Source: a virus
Lineage: Duplodnaviria > Caudoviricetes
Length of the DNA stretch: 27,429 bases
IMG/VR virus record: IMGVR_UViG_3300012952_000102
Span: 1 to 27,429 of that record
Reading direction: 5' to 3' (one strand)
In this document: one piece after another, positions 7,968 through 18,224 of the stretch
How positions within the stretch are numbered: position 1 is the stretch's first letter
Layout of the letters: the number at the start of each line of letters is the position of its first letter
Translations under genes and position numbers: made by a program
Notes under the pieces: model-generated
The model's database searches: none
Seen by the model: the letters and a program-made list of their open reading frames with translations, nothing else
Told to the model about the DNA's origin: nothing

Positions 7968-10034
7968 TTGGCAACATACATCGACGAAGCTGAGACTGAA
8001 GCTGGCGTTGGCATGACCGACGCAGAAATGCAAAGTACAGTGCGTTCGTATATTGAGGACGCAATTCAGTACATTGACGATGAGATTTCACCGCAACGCG
8101 CTGAAAGCTTGCGTTATTACCGTGGGCAACCGTTCGGTGATGAGGTTGTCGGTCGGTCCCAGGTAGTTTCTAGAGATGTACGCGATGCTGTCATGGCGGT
8201 GCTCCCGTCGATGATGCGCGTATTCTTTGGCAGCTCAAAAGCTGTAGAGTTTGTTCCGCGTACTGCCGAAGACGTAGGTATGGCAGAGCAAGCCACAGAT
8301 TATGTGAATCACATTGTGCAACAAGACAACAACGGTGTAGAAATTTTCTACAGCGTGTTTAAAGATGCACTAATGAACAAAGGCGGCTTCGTTAAATGGA
8401 GCTGGGATGACTCGCTCGAGGTGCATACCCACACATTTGAGGGCCTGGATGAAGGGACGCTAGGACTGCTGTTGCAAGAAGAAGGCGTAGAGGCTGTATC
8501 TGTCAGTGGTACACCCGTAGAGGGTATTACGCCCGAACAAGTAGCAGAACTTCAAGCGCAAGGGATGCCAGTCCCACAATTGTACGACGCAGAAATCAAA
8601 CGCTCGAGTAGGCGCGATCGTGTAAAAATCGAAACGATGCCGCCAGAAGAGTTTTTTGTCGATGGCGCAGCAACGAGCCTTGATGATGCTATGGTCGTCG
8701 GACATCGGACAATGGCAACCGTCAGCTCTTTGGTGGCGCTAGGCTACGATCTTGATTTGCTCGAAGATCATTTAAGCGACCAGGTTGGTTTTATTGATAG
8801 TGAGCTGTACGTCACTCGTACATCTTACGAAGAAAACCAGACGCCATTATCAGATTATGAACGGCGACGGGTGCTTTATTGTGAAGCGTGGTGTTACATC
8901 GATTACGATGGGGACGGGCTTGCTGAGTTACGGCGTGTCTGTACGATCGGTGACAATTATGAAGTCGTAAACAACGAACCAGCTGACATGATACCGTTCG
9001 CTGTGTTTAACGCAGATCCAGAACCTCATATGTTTTTCGGATCGGATTTAGCGGATCTTACGAAAGACATCCAGCGGATAAAGTCTGCAACCATTCGCGG
9101 TATGCTCGATTCGCTATCGTTTGCGTTGTATCCCCGGACGACCGTCGTTGAGGGTATGGTTGACCTTGATGACGTTATGAACCCAGAGGTTGGTTCAATC
9201 ATCAGAACGCGACAGCCTGGAATGATTCAGCAGATGAACGTACCATTTTTAGGCAAAGAAGCGTTTCCGATGGTTGCGTATCTTGATCAAATGAAAGAAG
9301 CTCGTACTGGTCAAACGGCTGCGTCACAAGGCTTAGATCCGGATGTGTTGCAAAGCACAACTCGAGCTGCGGTACAAGCTACAGTTAAGGGAGCTGAGCA
9401 ACATTTAGAGCTAATGGCTCGAATGTTTGCTGATGGCTTCAAACGTATGATGAAAGGTGTGTTGCATCTGGTCATTACACACCAAGACCGAGAGCGCGTG
9501 GTGCGTCTGCGCGACACCTGGGTGCCCATTGATCCGCGTGTGTGGGATTCCAACATGGATTGCTCAGTGAACGTAGGACTTGGGTCCGGCCTAACAGATG
9601 AAAAGCTGATGGTGTTGAACTCGGTCGCCACACAACAAAAAGAAATTTTGCAGACGATGGGACCAAGCAACGTGCTGGTTGGGTTAGGCCAGTTGCGAAA
9701 CACGTTAGCAAAAATGCTCGAGATTAGTGGGTTCAAGGATCCAAACCAGTTTTTTAAGCCTGTACCGTTGGATTACGAACCGCCACCGCCCCCGCCACCA
9801 GGGCCGACGCCAGAACAGCAGTTAATGGAAGTACAAATGGCTGATATCCAAGCGCGTCAACAGATTGAACAGCAAAAACTTCAACTAGCAGCTATGAAAC
9901 AACAGCAGCTCGATGAACGTGAAAGTGCTCGGATCGCTGGGGATTTATCAATTCGGGAATTCCAGGCCGAACAAAAGTTTCAAGATGATGTTGAATTGGA
10001 AGTTGTTAAAGCCAGCTTGAAAGAAGGCTTATGA
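7968..10034 (+). CDS. portal protein (P22/SU10-like)
   Basis: 688 aa after terL; motifs YYRGQPFG.E..GRSQVVSRDVRD, AEQATDYVN, PPEEF and C-terminal poly-Pro plus coiled coil. TTG start. Confidence 0.93.
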   Translation: MATYIDEAETEAGVGMTDAEMQSTVRSYIEDAIQYIDDEISPQRAESLRYYRGQPFGDEVVGRSQVVSRDVRDAVMAVLPSMMRVFFGSSKAVEFVPRTAEDVGMAEQATDYVNHIVQQDNNGVEIFYSVFKDALMNKGGFVKWSWDDSLEVHTHTFEGLDEGTLGLLLQEEGVEAVSVSGTPVEGITPEQVAELQAQGMPVPQLYDAEIKRSSRRDRVKIETMPPEEFFVDGAATSLDDAMVVGHRTMATVSSLVALGYDLDLLEDHLSDQVGFIDSELYVTRTSYEENQTPLSDYERRRVLYCEAWCYIDYDGDGLAELRRVCTIGDNYEVVNNEPADMIPFAVFNADPEPHMFFGSDLADLTKDIQRIKSATIRGMLDSLSFALYPRTTVVEGMVDLDDVMNPEVGSIIRTRQPGMIQQMNVPFLGKEAFPMVAYLDQMKEARTGQTAASQGLDPDVLQSTTRAAVQATVKGAEQHLELMARMFADGFKRMMKGVLHLVITHQDRERVVRLRDTWVPIDPRVWDSNMDCSVNVGLGSGLTDEKLMVLNSVATQQKEILQTMGPSNVLVGLGQLRNTLAKMLEISGFKDPNQFFKPVPLDYEPPPPPPPGPTPEQQLMEVQMADIQARQQIEQQKLQLAAMKQQQLDERESARIAGDLSIREFQAEQKFQDDVELEVVKASLKEGL

Positions 10035-10285
10035 CTCTAACGTTAGAGCAAAAAGCTCGACGGGCTAAGGAGATTCTTGAAGATGAAGTAATGCAGGAAG
10101 CGATTGAAGCGACAAAGCAGCAATATGTCGCTGAGTGGGCATTAACGGATTTTGAAGACTCGCAAACGCGAGAATTAAAATTTCTACAACATCGTCTACT
10201 TGACGATGTCTTTAGGAAACTGAGAAGTTTCGTAGACGATTGGACGATTACACAAAATCGACAATCAAACGCAAGGGATTTGTAA
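10031..10285 (+). CDS. conserved small protein between portal and scaffold
   Basis: ATGA overlap; ARRAKEILED-type helical protein at the usual position. Confidence 0.8.
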   Translation: MTLTLEQKARRAKEILEDEVMQEAIEATKQQYVAEWALTDFEDSQTRELKFLQHRLLDDVFRKLRSFVDDWTITQNRQSNARDL

Positions 10286-10287
10286 AC

Positions 10288-11313
10288 ATGAGCGAAGCAG
10301 TTGCGACAGAAACGCCTGACCGCAGCATACCGCGTACAATGGACGAGATAGGTGCCAGGCTCGGCCAAGTGCTTACCGGATCAAATGAGCAACCGCAAGA
10401 GGATTCTGATACAGAGCAACCCTCGAGCGATTCAATTGACGCAGAGCAGCAGGATGCCGCATTAGCCGATGATGCGGTGGTAGATGAGTTAGACGCTGAT
10501 GAACCAGAAGAAGAACAATTCCAAGACGATAACGATGGCGATTTATACACGGTCAAGGTAGACGGTGTAGAAGACCAAGTATCGTTAAACGAACTCATCA
10601 ATGGATACCAGCGGACGGCGACATTTACGAACCGTCAGAAGAAGTTGAGCGAAGAGCGGCAAGCGCTAGAATCAGAAAGAGCGCAATTACCAGCTCAAAA
10701 AGCTGAACTTCAGCAGACACTACAGCAGTACCAACAGGTGCTGCATTCGCTTCGTACACAGATGGAGGCAGCAAACGCGCCAGCAAGTGTTGATTGGGGT
10801 GTTCTCGAGAGAGAAGACCCGGTGCAATGGCTCAAGTTAAAAGAGCTAGAGCGTCAACGGGCTGGTGAGATTCAAGCTGTTGTTGCTGAACAGCAGAGAA
10901 TGCATGAGCTGATGGAAACTGAAAGAGTTGAAAATCTGCAAAAGCATTTAGCTGTTGAGCGCACCAAAATGGTCGAAGTGATACCTGAATGGGCTGACAG
11001 TGAAGTTCAGGCCAGTGATCAGCGGAAACTTATGGAGTATGGTAGAGATGTTGGGTTTTCAGAAACGGAACTCAACGAGTTGTACGACCATAGGGCGGTA
11101 CGAGTGTTGCGAGACGCAATGCGCTATCGTGAGTTGACGCAAGGCAAGAAAATTACTGCAGCAAAATCTAAAATCGGTAGCGTTAACGCGGGGAATCGAG
11201 AGACTTCTCGCCGGACACGCTCGCGTCAACGTAAAGCTGCTCGCGCAAAGCTGAAACAAACCGGAAAGGTTGATGATGCTGCTGCGTTACTGGGGCAAAT
11301 GTTGACGAACTAA
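10288..11313 (+). CDS. capsid scaffolding protein
   Basis: Acidic N-terminus, YTVKVDG.E..VSL.EL..GYQR motif, coiled coil and basic C-terminus, directly before the capsid gene. ATG 10288 avoids overlap with the upstream gene. Confidence 0.88.
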   Translation: MSEAVATETPDRSIPRTMDEIGARLGQVLTGSNEQPQEDSDTEQPSSDSIDAEQQDAALADDAVVDELDADEPEEEQFQDDNDGDLYTVKVDGVEDQVSLNELINGYQRTATFTNRQKKLSEERQALESERAQLPAQKAELQQTLQQYQQVLHSLRTQMEAANAPASVDWGVLEREDPVQWLKLKELERQRAGEIQAVVAEQQRMHELMETERVENLQKHLAVERTKMVEVIPEWADSEVQASDQRKLMEYGRDVGFSETELNELYDHRAVRVLRDAMRYRELTQGKKITAAKSKIGSVNAGNRETSRRTRSRQRKAARAKLKQTGKVDDAAALLGQMLTN

Positions 11314-11326
11314 CCAAAGGTCTATC

Positions 11327-12331
11327 ATGGCAGTTGTATCAAACACTTTTCTCACCTACGATGCCAAAGGGTTGCGTGAGGATCTATCAGACTTGATCGC
11401 TGATATTTCCCCGACGCAGACGCCGTTTCAAAGCAATATCGGCACCCGGGACGCATCAGCAGTTTATTTTGAATGGCAAACAGACTCACTTTCTGCGGCG
11501 ACCGCTGCAGGAGTGGTCGAAGGCCAAGATCTCAGCAGCTATACTGCGGTAACCCCGACAGCTCGTATGGGGAACTATTGCCAGATCAATATGCGCGATT
11601 TCATCATCTCGGGCACTGAGCAAGCAGTAGATAAAGCTGGTCGGGCATCCGAAGTTGGATACCAGGCAGCAAAAGCTGCAAAAGAACTAAAGCGGAACGT
11701 CGAAAAGGCGTGTCTACAGAACGCTGGTGCTGTCGCTGGTGCGACCGCAACCGCTCGAGTCACCGCTGGGTTCCCTGGTTGGATTAAAACCAACGAAACT
11801 TCCACGAACGTAACCAAGCCGTCGTACACGGGTTCAACCCCGACAGGCGCAACCCAAGTGTGGAAGTCGTTTGGTACACCAACCGCGTTTACCGAAGCTA
11901 TGCTCAAAACCACGATGCAAGAGTGTTTTGTCAGTGGTGGAGAGCCGACGATGCTTATGGTTTCTCCGTTCAACAAGACACAAGTAAGTGGCTTTAGCGG
12001 CATTGCTTCTAGCCGTTACAATGTGGACGGTGCCGAGCCTTCGGTGATTATCGGAGCAGCAGACATTTATGTTTCTGACTTCGGTAATCTGTCAGTTGTT
12101 CCGAACCGCTTCTTTACGACGGTAGAGGACGAGGGATCCGGTTCACTGCACAACGACTGGGCGCTACTCATCGATCCAGATGAGGTTAAACTCGCTACTC
12201 TTCGTCCGTATGCTATCGAGGCGTTGGCCCGTAGTGGTGACGCTGATAAGCGTATGGCGTTGGTCGAGTGGGGGCTTCAGGTTAGCAACGAAGCAGCCCA
12301 CGGTGTTATTGCTGGCATTACTGCGGCCTAA
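11327..12331 (+). CDS. major capsid protein (SU10/DUF5309-like)
   Basis: 334 aa; GLREDLSDLI.DISPT.TPF, FEWQTDSL, NYCQI, Y.SDFG and LA.SGD..K....EWGL motifs. Confidence 0.93.
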   Translation: MAVVSNTFLTYDAKGLREDLSDLIADISPTQTPFQSNIGTRDASAVYFEWQTDSLSAATAAGVVEGQDLSSYTAVTPTARMGNYCQINMRDFIISGTEQAVDKAGRASEVGYQAAKAAKELKRNVEKACLQNAGAVAGATATARVTAGFPGWIKTNETSTNVTKPSYTGSTPTGATQVWKSFGTPTAFTEAMLKTTMQECFVSGGEPTMLMVSPFNKTQVSGFSGIASSRYNVDGAEPSVIIGAADIYVSDFGNLSVVPNRFFTTVEDEGSGSLHNDWALLIDPDEVKLATLRPYAIEALARSGDADKRMALVEWGLQVSNEAAHGVIAGITAA

Positions 12332-12345
12332 CACAGTACCTGGAC

Positions 12346-12373
12346 GGGTGGGGGCTGGTAACAGCCCCTGCCC
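12346..12373 (+). other. stable GC-rich hairpin after the capsid gene (no U-tract)
   Basis: GGGTG-GGGGCTG-GTAA-CAGCCCC-TGCCC: a 12-bp stem (two G-U pairs) with a GNRA tetraloop. Confidence 0.7.
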
Positions 12374-12389
12374 CGATAGGGTCTAGCTA

Positions 12390-12707
12390 ATGACTAAACG
12401 AATCCTCGATTACGATCCGGTAACCGGAACAACGCAGTGGTTTCATTATGATTCTGCTGCTGATCGGTATGCGCTTGAGACAACGCAGGATGTCACAAAA
12501 ATTGTTGAAAGAAACAAAGCGCTGTTTAGGCAAGTAGACGAACGAGCAAACTGGAAAGGCGACCAACATCACGTTGCGTCGATTCCAATGAGCGTCTATC
12601 ACGAACTAGCTAAAATCTCGAATAATTTCAAAGATCAACGGGTAGTGCGTCGGTTTTTGAATAACCCAGACAATCGAGTCTTTAGAACTCGGCCAGGTGA
12701 GGTGTAA
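12390..12707 (+). CDS. conserved hypothetical phage protein
   Basis: TQDV..I...N, HVASIP and FLN.PDN..FRT motifs, typical of the post-capsid gene in this phage type. Confidence 0.85.
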   Translation: MTKRILDYDPVTGTTQWFHYDSAADRYALETTQDVTKIVERNKALFRQVDERANWKGDQHHVASIPMSVYHELAKISNNFKDQRVVRRFLNNPDNRVFRTRPGEV

Positions 12708-13339
12708 TGGCGATTACAACTTACGCCCAGCTGAAAACTGCTACGGCAAATTGGTTAGATCGAACCGACCTTACCGATCGGATCCCAGAGTTTATTGAGC
12801 TGGCTGAGGCAAATTTCAATCGTGTGATTCGTCAGCCCGACATGATCACGAAAAACGATTCGTATTCGATTGCTGGTCAGTACACTACGTTACCGACTGA
12901 CACGCTCGAGATTATCAGAATTGTTGTAGACGCGGATCCGGTCATTACTTTGGAGTATCTAACACCCGAAGAATTATCTGAGCGTCGAGCGACATTGTCA
13001 GGCACCGGGAAGCCGTATTTTTTTACGATTATTGGTGGCTCGAGTAACCAGCTCGAAGTTTTACGATCGCCAGACCAGACGTACACATCATCGATTGTTT
13101 ATTACACAAGAATTGCTGCACTGGTTAACGATTCTGATACGAATTGGTTGTTAACCGACCACCCAGACATCTATCTGTTTGGCACATTGGTAGAAGCAGA
13201 GCCGTACTTGAAAAACGATGAAAGGGTTGCGCTCTGGAGTACCAGACTAAACACCGCACTAAGCGCTTTGCGTCTTCAAGGGGAACGCGAGTTGTACAGT
13301 GGTGCATCCCTTCAAATGAGAGCGAGAGTGCTAGGGTAA
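12707..13339 (+). CDS. head-tail adaptor protein
   Basis: MAITTYAQLKTATANWLDRTDLT..IPEFI.LAE N-terminus and TNWLL..HPD.YL.G.L C-terminus; gene position. Confidence 0.8.
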   Translation: MAITTYAQLKTATANWLDRTDLTDRIPEFIELAEANFNRVIRQPDMITKNDSYSIAGQYTTLPTDTLEIIRIVVDADPVITLEYLTPEELSERRATLSGTGKPYFFTIIGGSSNQLEVLRSPDQTYTSSIVYYTRIAALVNDSDTNWLLTDHPDIYLFGTLVEAEPYLKNDERVALWSTRLNTALSALRLQGERELYSGASLQMRARVLG

Positions 13340-13345
13340 AAGACT

Positions 13346-15145
13346 ATGGCTGACACAACCACAACCAATTTAGGCTTAACCAAGCCAGAAGTAGGTGGCT
13401 CATCAAACACCTGGGGCACCAAGCTAAACAGCGATTTGGATTACATCGACGCAATGTTTTCTAAGTCGTCTACGTCAGTCACGTTTCATGTAAATAACCA
13501 GAACATCGCATCAAGTAGCTATAAGCTTGACCAGATCAAGATGGGCGACGACCGCCAGCTCCAGTTTGGTGCTGCACCCGACTATTGGCTGATCTACGAC
13601 AGTAGCAACACGCAGTTTGAGCTAAACTCTACAAATGTAGATGGAAGCGGAACTGACGGTGTTGTGTTTAGCGTTAGTGACGGGACAGATGACGTAGCTT
13701 TTACGGGTAAGATTAGCACGGCCCAGGTAGACATTCTTGCTGAAGGCGATTTAAGGCTCCAGGATGCGTCAGGAGGCCAATATGTTGGCTTCGACGCTCC
13801 AGCTACGGTCAGTGGCTCCTACACGCTTACGTTGCCAGCAGCGGTCGGCTCGTCAGGCCAGATCCTACGGACTTCGGATTCTTCTGGAACGCTAGAATGG
13901 GTTACGGACCAGGAAGGCGATCTCAAGTCTGTAGCAGATGCTACAAACGGTGGACTAACCGTTACGAACGGTACGGGTCCAGACGTAACGCTGGCGTTGA
14001 ACTTCAACGATTTGTCTGCTGCTGCCGTAAGTGTAGCCAACGACTCGATTGCAATTATTGATGCTTCCGACTCAAATGGTACACGCAAAGAATCTATAGC
14101 AGACTTGGCAACAGGCATGGGTGGTACGGGCCTAACGGGTTCCTCGGGTACGCTTAATGTCGATGCTTCGCAGACACAGATTACGGCGGTTGGTACGCTT
14201 GCAACGGGCACTTGGTCTGCAACGACGATTGCAGTAAACAAAGGTGGCACAGGGCTAACTAGCTATGCCGCAGGGGACGTTCTGTACGCTTCTGGCTCAA
14301 CAACACTAGCCAAGCTCGCCAAGGGGACAGACGGCCAGGTATTAACTCTAGCCTCGGGTGTTCCTTCGTGGGCTACTCCGACCACGGGTGATATTACAAG
14401 CGTTGTCGCGGGTACTGGACTGTCAGGTGGTGGTACTGCGGGCGATGTAACGCTTAACGTCGAAGCGTCACAAACGCAGATAACTTCGGTTGGTGCCTTA
14501 AACGCTGGCTCGATTACGTCTGGCTTTGGGGCCATCGACGTAGGTAGCTCGAACATAGACGGTGGCACGATTACGGCTGATACAGGGCTAACTGTTGGCA
14601 CAGACTTTCTGACCGTTGCCGATGGAGTTACCACCATTGGTGGAACTGACACATCAAAACTGCAATTTCACAACGCAGCAGGAACGCTAAGGTCGTTTCT
14701 TACGCTTAACGGCACATCCCTAGAAATCGACACCGACAGTGCCTTAATCTTTAGCCCTAACAACTCTGAAAGAGCTAGAATAGATGACAGTGGCCGACTT
14801 GGATTAGGCACAGCATCACCACATAGCTACTACTCTGGTTCAAACAAATTCGTAATTGCGAATACGGGTGGTAGCACTGGGATGACCTTTGCTACAAGCA
14901 ATACAGGTCAAGCCCGAATAGACTTTGCTGAAGGTACGTCTGGTGCAGAACAGTATCGCGGAACTATTTCCTATAATCACGCTGCGACAGAATCCGAAGG
15001 CTATTTAAGGTTTGTGGCTGGTGGAGCTGAAGCGTTAAGGCTAGGAAGCAATTATGTCTTAATGGGAAATCTTCCAACGTCCGACCCTGGTGTAGCGACC
15101 GCCTTGTACAACGATTCTGGAACTCTAAAAATAAGTGCTGGCTAA
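13346..15145 (+). CDS. tail fibre / receptor-binding protein
   Basis: N-terminal anchor [20 protein letters not shown]; G/S/T-rich beta repeats ([27 protein letters not shown]). Confidence 0.88.
   Translation: MADTTTTNLGLTKPEVGGSSNTWGTKLNSDLDYIDAMFSKSSTSVTFHVNNQNIASSSYKLDQIKMGDDRQLQFGAAPDYWLIYDSSNTQFELNSTNVDGSGTDGVVFSVSDGTDDVAFTGKISTAQVDILAEGDLRLQDASGGQYVGFDAPATVSGSYTLTLPAAVGSSGQILRTSDSSGTLEWVTDQEGDLKSVADATNGGLTVTNGTGPDVTLALNFNDLSAAAVSVANDSIAIIDASDSNGTRKESIADLATGMGGTGLTGSSGTLNVDASQTQITAVGTLATGTWSATTIAVNKGGTGLTSYAAGDVLYASGSTTLAKLAKGTDGQVLTLASGVPSWATPTTGDITSVVAGTGLSGGGTAGDVTLNVEASQTQITSVGALNAGSITSGFGAIDVGSSNIDGGTITADTGLTVGTDFLTVADGVTTIGGTDTSKLQFHNAAGTLRSFLTLNGTSLEIDTDSALIFSPNNSERARIDDSGRLGLGTASPHSYYSGSNKFVIANTGGSTGMTFATSNTGQARIDFAEGTSGAEQYRGTISYNHAATESEGYLRFVAGGAEALRLGSNYVLMGNLPTSDPGVATALYNDSGTLKISAG
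14150..14500 (+). repeat. internal tail-fibre repeat, 100 codons apart
   Basis: [17 protein letters not shown] (14150) and [17 protein letters not shown] (14450). Confidence 0.8.
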
Positions 15146-15146
15146 G

Positions 15147-15560
15147 ATGACACTTACATGGACAATAGACAGCATGACCGTAGATAAGCTTCAGGACGGT
15201 CTAACGGATGTAGTCACCTTCGTGCAGTGGCGTTTAGTTGGCGAAGACGGAACGTATGTAGACTCTGCTGGAGAAACGGTTCCTAATACAACCAGCGTTT
15301 ACGGCTCATTGCGTGTAGGCCAGCCTAGCTCGGACAGCTTTACGCCGTATGCGGACTTGCCAAAAAGTGCCGTGCTAACATGGGTTCAGACAAAGTTTGA
15401 TTCAGAAATGGTGTCGTCAAAGAATCCAGACGATCCAGAAGAAATGATATCAAAAACCGAACTCTACGAGAGGCTGGTGGAAACCGAATTAGAAGAAAAC
15501 GCTCACCCGACAAGCGACACTCCAGAACTTCCGTGGGAGTCCGAGGATGACGGGGCTTGA
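15147..15560 (+). CDS. tail-fibre-associated protein (possible assembly chaperone)
   Basis: MTLTWTI..GLTDVV..V.WR...FTPYADL....VL.WV...LPW motifs; follows the fibre gene. ATG 15147 preferred. Confidence 0.7.
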   Translation: MTLTWTIDSMTVDKLQDGLTDVVTFVQWRLVGEDGTYVDSAGETVPNTTSVYGSLRVGQPSSDSFTPYADLPKSAVLTWVQTKFDSEMVSSKNPDDPEEMISKTELYERLVETELEENAHPTSDTPELPWESEDDGA

Positions 15561-15768
15561 GGAGATGCTTTCGTACTTTCCCGCTTTGTTAGCAGCAGGA
15601 GCAGCTTACGGCGGGGTACGAGCGGGACTCAACGGAGCCAGGCAGTCGATTACGCAAATAGAACGAATCGTAACTAGGCTTGATGAAAAAGTGGACAATC
15701 ATGGCGAAAGGATTTCGAGGCTCGAGGTCGAAACAGCGCACATCAAAGAAACCCAAGTCAAACCGTAA
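15547..15768 (+). CDS. small membrane-anchored coiled-coil protein
   Basis: Hydrophobic N-terminus then RLDEKVDNHGERISRLE; GGAG/GAGG upstream. Confidence 0.65.
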   Translation: MTGLEEMLSYFPALLAAGAAYGGVRAGLNGARQSITQIERIVTRLDEKVDNHGERISRLEVETAHIKETQVKP

Positions 15769-15778
15769 ACGAGGTAGT

Positions 15779-16036
15779 ATGGCTAAGAACGAAACATCGG
15801 GGTCAACCAATGGTGCAATTCTTATGGACGAGCGGTTAGCTCTGACTCCGGAACAAGCGTTTAGTCTAAGAACGTTGTATCAAGCAAAAAAAGAGCGAGT
15901 TGAAGCATTACAAGATATCGATGGCCGGATCCAGCTCGCATATCAAATGCTTGGAATAGAAAACCGTGAAATGACGGCGGGCGACCTTGGTGACGAGGAT
16001 CCCTACCTCATGCTGAAAGCACTACCCGCAAAATAA
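15779..16036 (+). CDS. hypothetical protein (85 aa)
   Basis: GAGGT before ATG 15779; fills the gap between neighbours. Confidence 0.65.
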   Translation: MAKNETSGSTNGAILMDERLALTPEQAFSLRTLYQAKKERVEALQDIDGRIQLAYQMLGIENREMTAGDLGDEDPYLMLKALPAK

Positions 16037-16045
16037 TGAGCCTTC

Positions 16046-17575
16046 ATGTCGCAGCTTTATCCTTTACAGTTTGAACCCGGACTTTGGAAGAACGGGACAG
16101 TATACCAAGCTCAAGGTCGCTGGTACGATGCTGATCTTATGCGCTGGAGCAATGGTGCATTAGGTCCGATTGGCGGTTGGCGTGGTTGGGGAGAGAGCAC
16201 GACGGCGGTTACGGGAGTGCCCCGGACGGCTATCACCTGGATGGACAATTCCAACAATCGATGGATCGGGGTTGGCTCAGCTAGCAAACTGTATGTGTAC
16301 GATTCGGGTGCCAGCATATATGACATTACACCTACGGGGTTTACTGCTGGTGAAACGGATGCTGATCCTAACACAGGGTACGGCGATTGGCTGTACGGCA
16401 AATCAAGCTATGGGACACCTCGACCGGATTTAGGTATTCCGTCGCCAGCTACAATTTGGTCGTTCGCGATGTGGGGCGAAGACCTAACAGGGTGTACTCC
16501 TGACGACGGCAAACTGTATTTGTGGGACACTAGTGTCGGGACGGGCACGAAAGCTGCCCAGGTAGCAAACTCGCCTGAGTACATTACTGCTACAATTGTT
16601 ACACCCCAACGCATACAAATGTGTTTTGGTGGTGTTGCTAACGGTGGGTCTTCTGCTAATCGCGATCGTCGAAAAATCTTTTGGTCTGATTCCGAAGACA
16701 ACACAGATTGGACCGCGACAGCTACAAACCAAGCTGGAGATGCAATAATTGAGTCTACTGGCGATTTGCTTGGTGCAGTTTTGGTGCGTGGGCAAATACT
16801 AATCTTTACAACGGCTGACGCTCACACAGCTACTTATGTGGGTTTACCGTATGTCTATCAGTTTGATAACGTAGGCGACGACTGTGGCCCTGTGTCGATC
16901 AACGCTGTGGCTGTAGCCAACAACACTGCCTACTGGATGGGTCGTAACGCCAACGGTTTTTTCGCTTACGATGGTTATACCCGCTCAATACCATGTGACG
17001 TAGAAGAGTTTGTTACGACAAACATGAACGAGGCCCAAGCAAGCAAAACTGTGGCTTGGCATAACAGTTTGTATTCGGAAATTGTGTGGTTCTATCCGAA
17101 CGGAACTGAGGTAGACTCATATGTGAGTTACAACTACCTCGAGGATCATTGGGCGGTAGGGACACTAGCGAGAACAGCCGTCACCAGTAGAGGCATTTTT
17201 GCGTACCCGATTTGCTTTGACTCAAGTGGAAATCCTTACGAGCAAGAAGTAGGCGGGACGTATGTAGAAAAAGATGGCACTACTAAAACTCCTTATGTCG
17301 AGTCAGGGCCGCTCCAGCTCGGCACAGGTGAAAGGGTTTTGTCTGCGACATCTTTGATCCCAGACGTTACGGCCTTGGGTGACATAACTACCACGTTTTA
17401 CACACGAATGTATCCGACTGATAGCGATACGAGTCACGGGCCGTACTCAATGGCTCAACCGACAAGCGTTAGGTTTACAGGCCGGACAGTTCGCATGAGG
17501 TGTACGTCAAATTCTGCTAATGCCTGGAACGTTGGGATACCTCGGTTGCAGTTACGTCCAGGAGGTAGACGATGA
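16046..17575 (+). CDS. tail nozzle / DNA-stabilisation protein (P22 gp10-like position)
   Basis: 509 aa, W/G/Y-rich beta-propeller-like sequence (WSDSED.TDW.....NQAG, AYWMG, EIVWFYP, YVSYNY.E..W..GTL.RTA). Confidence 0.75.
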   Translation: MSQLYPLQFEPGLWKNGTVYQAQGRWYDADLMRWSNGALGPIGGWRGWGESTTAVTGVPRTAITWMDNSNNRWIGVGSASKLYVYDSGASIYDITPTGFTAGETDADPNTGYGDWLYGKSSYGTPRPDLGIPSPATIWSFAMWGEDLTGCTPDDGKLYLWDTSVGTGTKAAQVANSPEYITATIVTPQRIQMCFGGVANGGSSANRDRRKIFWSDSEDNTDWTATATNQAGDAIIESTGDLLGAVLVRGQILIFTTADAHTATYVGLPYVYQFDNVGDDCGPVSINAVAVANNTAYWMGRNANGFFAYDGYTRSIPCDVEEFVTTNMNEAQASKTVAWHNSLYSEIVWFYPNGTEVDSYVSYNYLEDHWAVGTLARTAVTSRGIFAYPICFDSSGNPYEQEVGGTYVEKDGTTKTPYVESGPLQLGTGERVLSATSLIPDVTALGDITTTFYTRMYPTDSDTSHGPYSMAQPTSVRFTGRTVRMRCTSNSANAWNVGIPRLQLRPGGRR

Positions 17576-17814
17576 GCACCTCGGGAGCGTCCGCATCGCG
17601 TCGGCTACGTTTACCGCCTCCTGCTCAAGCGTATGATTCGCGTTCAGAAATTGAACGCAATCGAGCACTTGAGTCAGCCGATCGCGCCAACTTAAAACGA
17701 TTTGAAGACGTAGATCTAGCCAACAACGAACGATTGATTCTGGTAAGCGCTAACGGCACTCGTTACAGTTTAATAGTGTCAAATGCAGGGGTGCTTAGCA
17801 CTTCTGCGGTATGA
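17572..17814 (+). CDS. small virion-associated protein
   Basis: ATGA overlap; C-terminal LILVSANGTRY.L.VSN.G.L beta motif common in tail proteins. Confidence 0.7.
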   Translation: MSTSGASASRRLRLPPPAQAYDSRSEIERNRALESADRANLKRFEDVDLANNERLILVSANGTRYSLIVSNAGVLSTSAV

Positions 17815-18224
17815 TGTCGAACACGTTAGAAGGTTTTGATGAAGCGTGGACGAAAAGCACACCGTTTATTGAAAAAGCGTTAAAAGAAAACGGTGCAGAG
17901 TTTACTGTTGAAGATGTTTTGCGAGAAGTGCAGGATGAGCAAGCAATTTTTTATCCTGTCACAAATGGCGCAGCGATTTTTACGGTCGCGCAGTACCCGC
18001 AACGGCGATTGTTGCGAATATGGCTTTACGGTGGAAAAACAGATACGGGTCGAGCAAACCTAGATGTCATTATGGAAGCAGCAGATTACTTCGCAGAAAA
18101 ACACGAATGTGATGGCGTTGAGCTGACAGGCAGGAAAGGTTGGGAGAAAGTTTTGCATCCTTACGGTTATAAATACAAAAGCGTTACGCTAAGCAAGGAT
18201 TTAGGAGAGCACGGGAATGGCTAA
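17811..18224 (+). CDS. GNAT-like virion assembly protein (inferred)
   Basis: YPQRR.L.IWL.GG ... C.GVEL.GRKGW.KVL...GY pattern; sits between the nozzle and ejection genes. Confidence 0.6.
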   Translation: MMSNTLEGFDEAWTKSTPFIEKALKENGAEFTVEDVLREVQDEQAIFYPVTNGAAIFTVAQYPQRRLLRIWLYGGKTDTGRANLDVIMEAADYFAEKHECDGVELTGRKGWEKVLHPYGYKYKSVTLSKDLGEHGNG

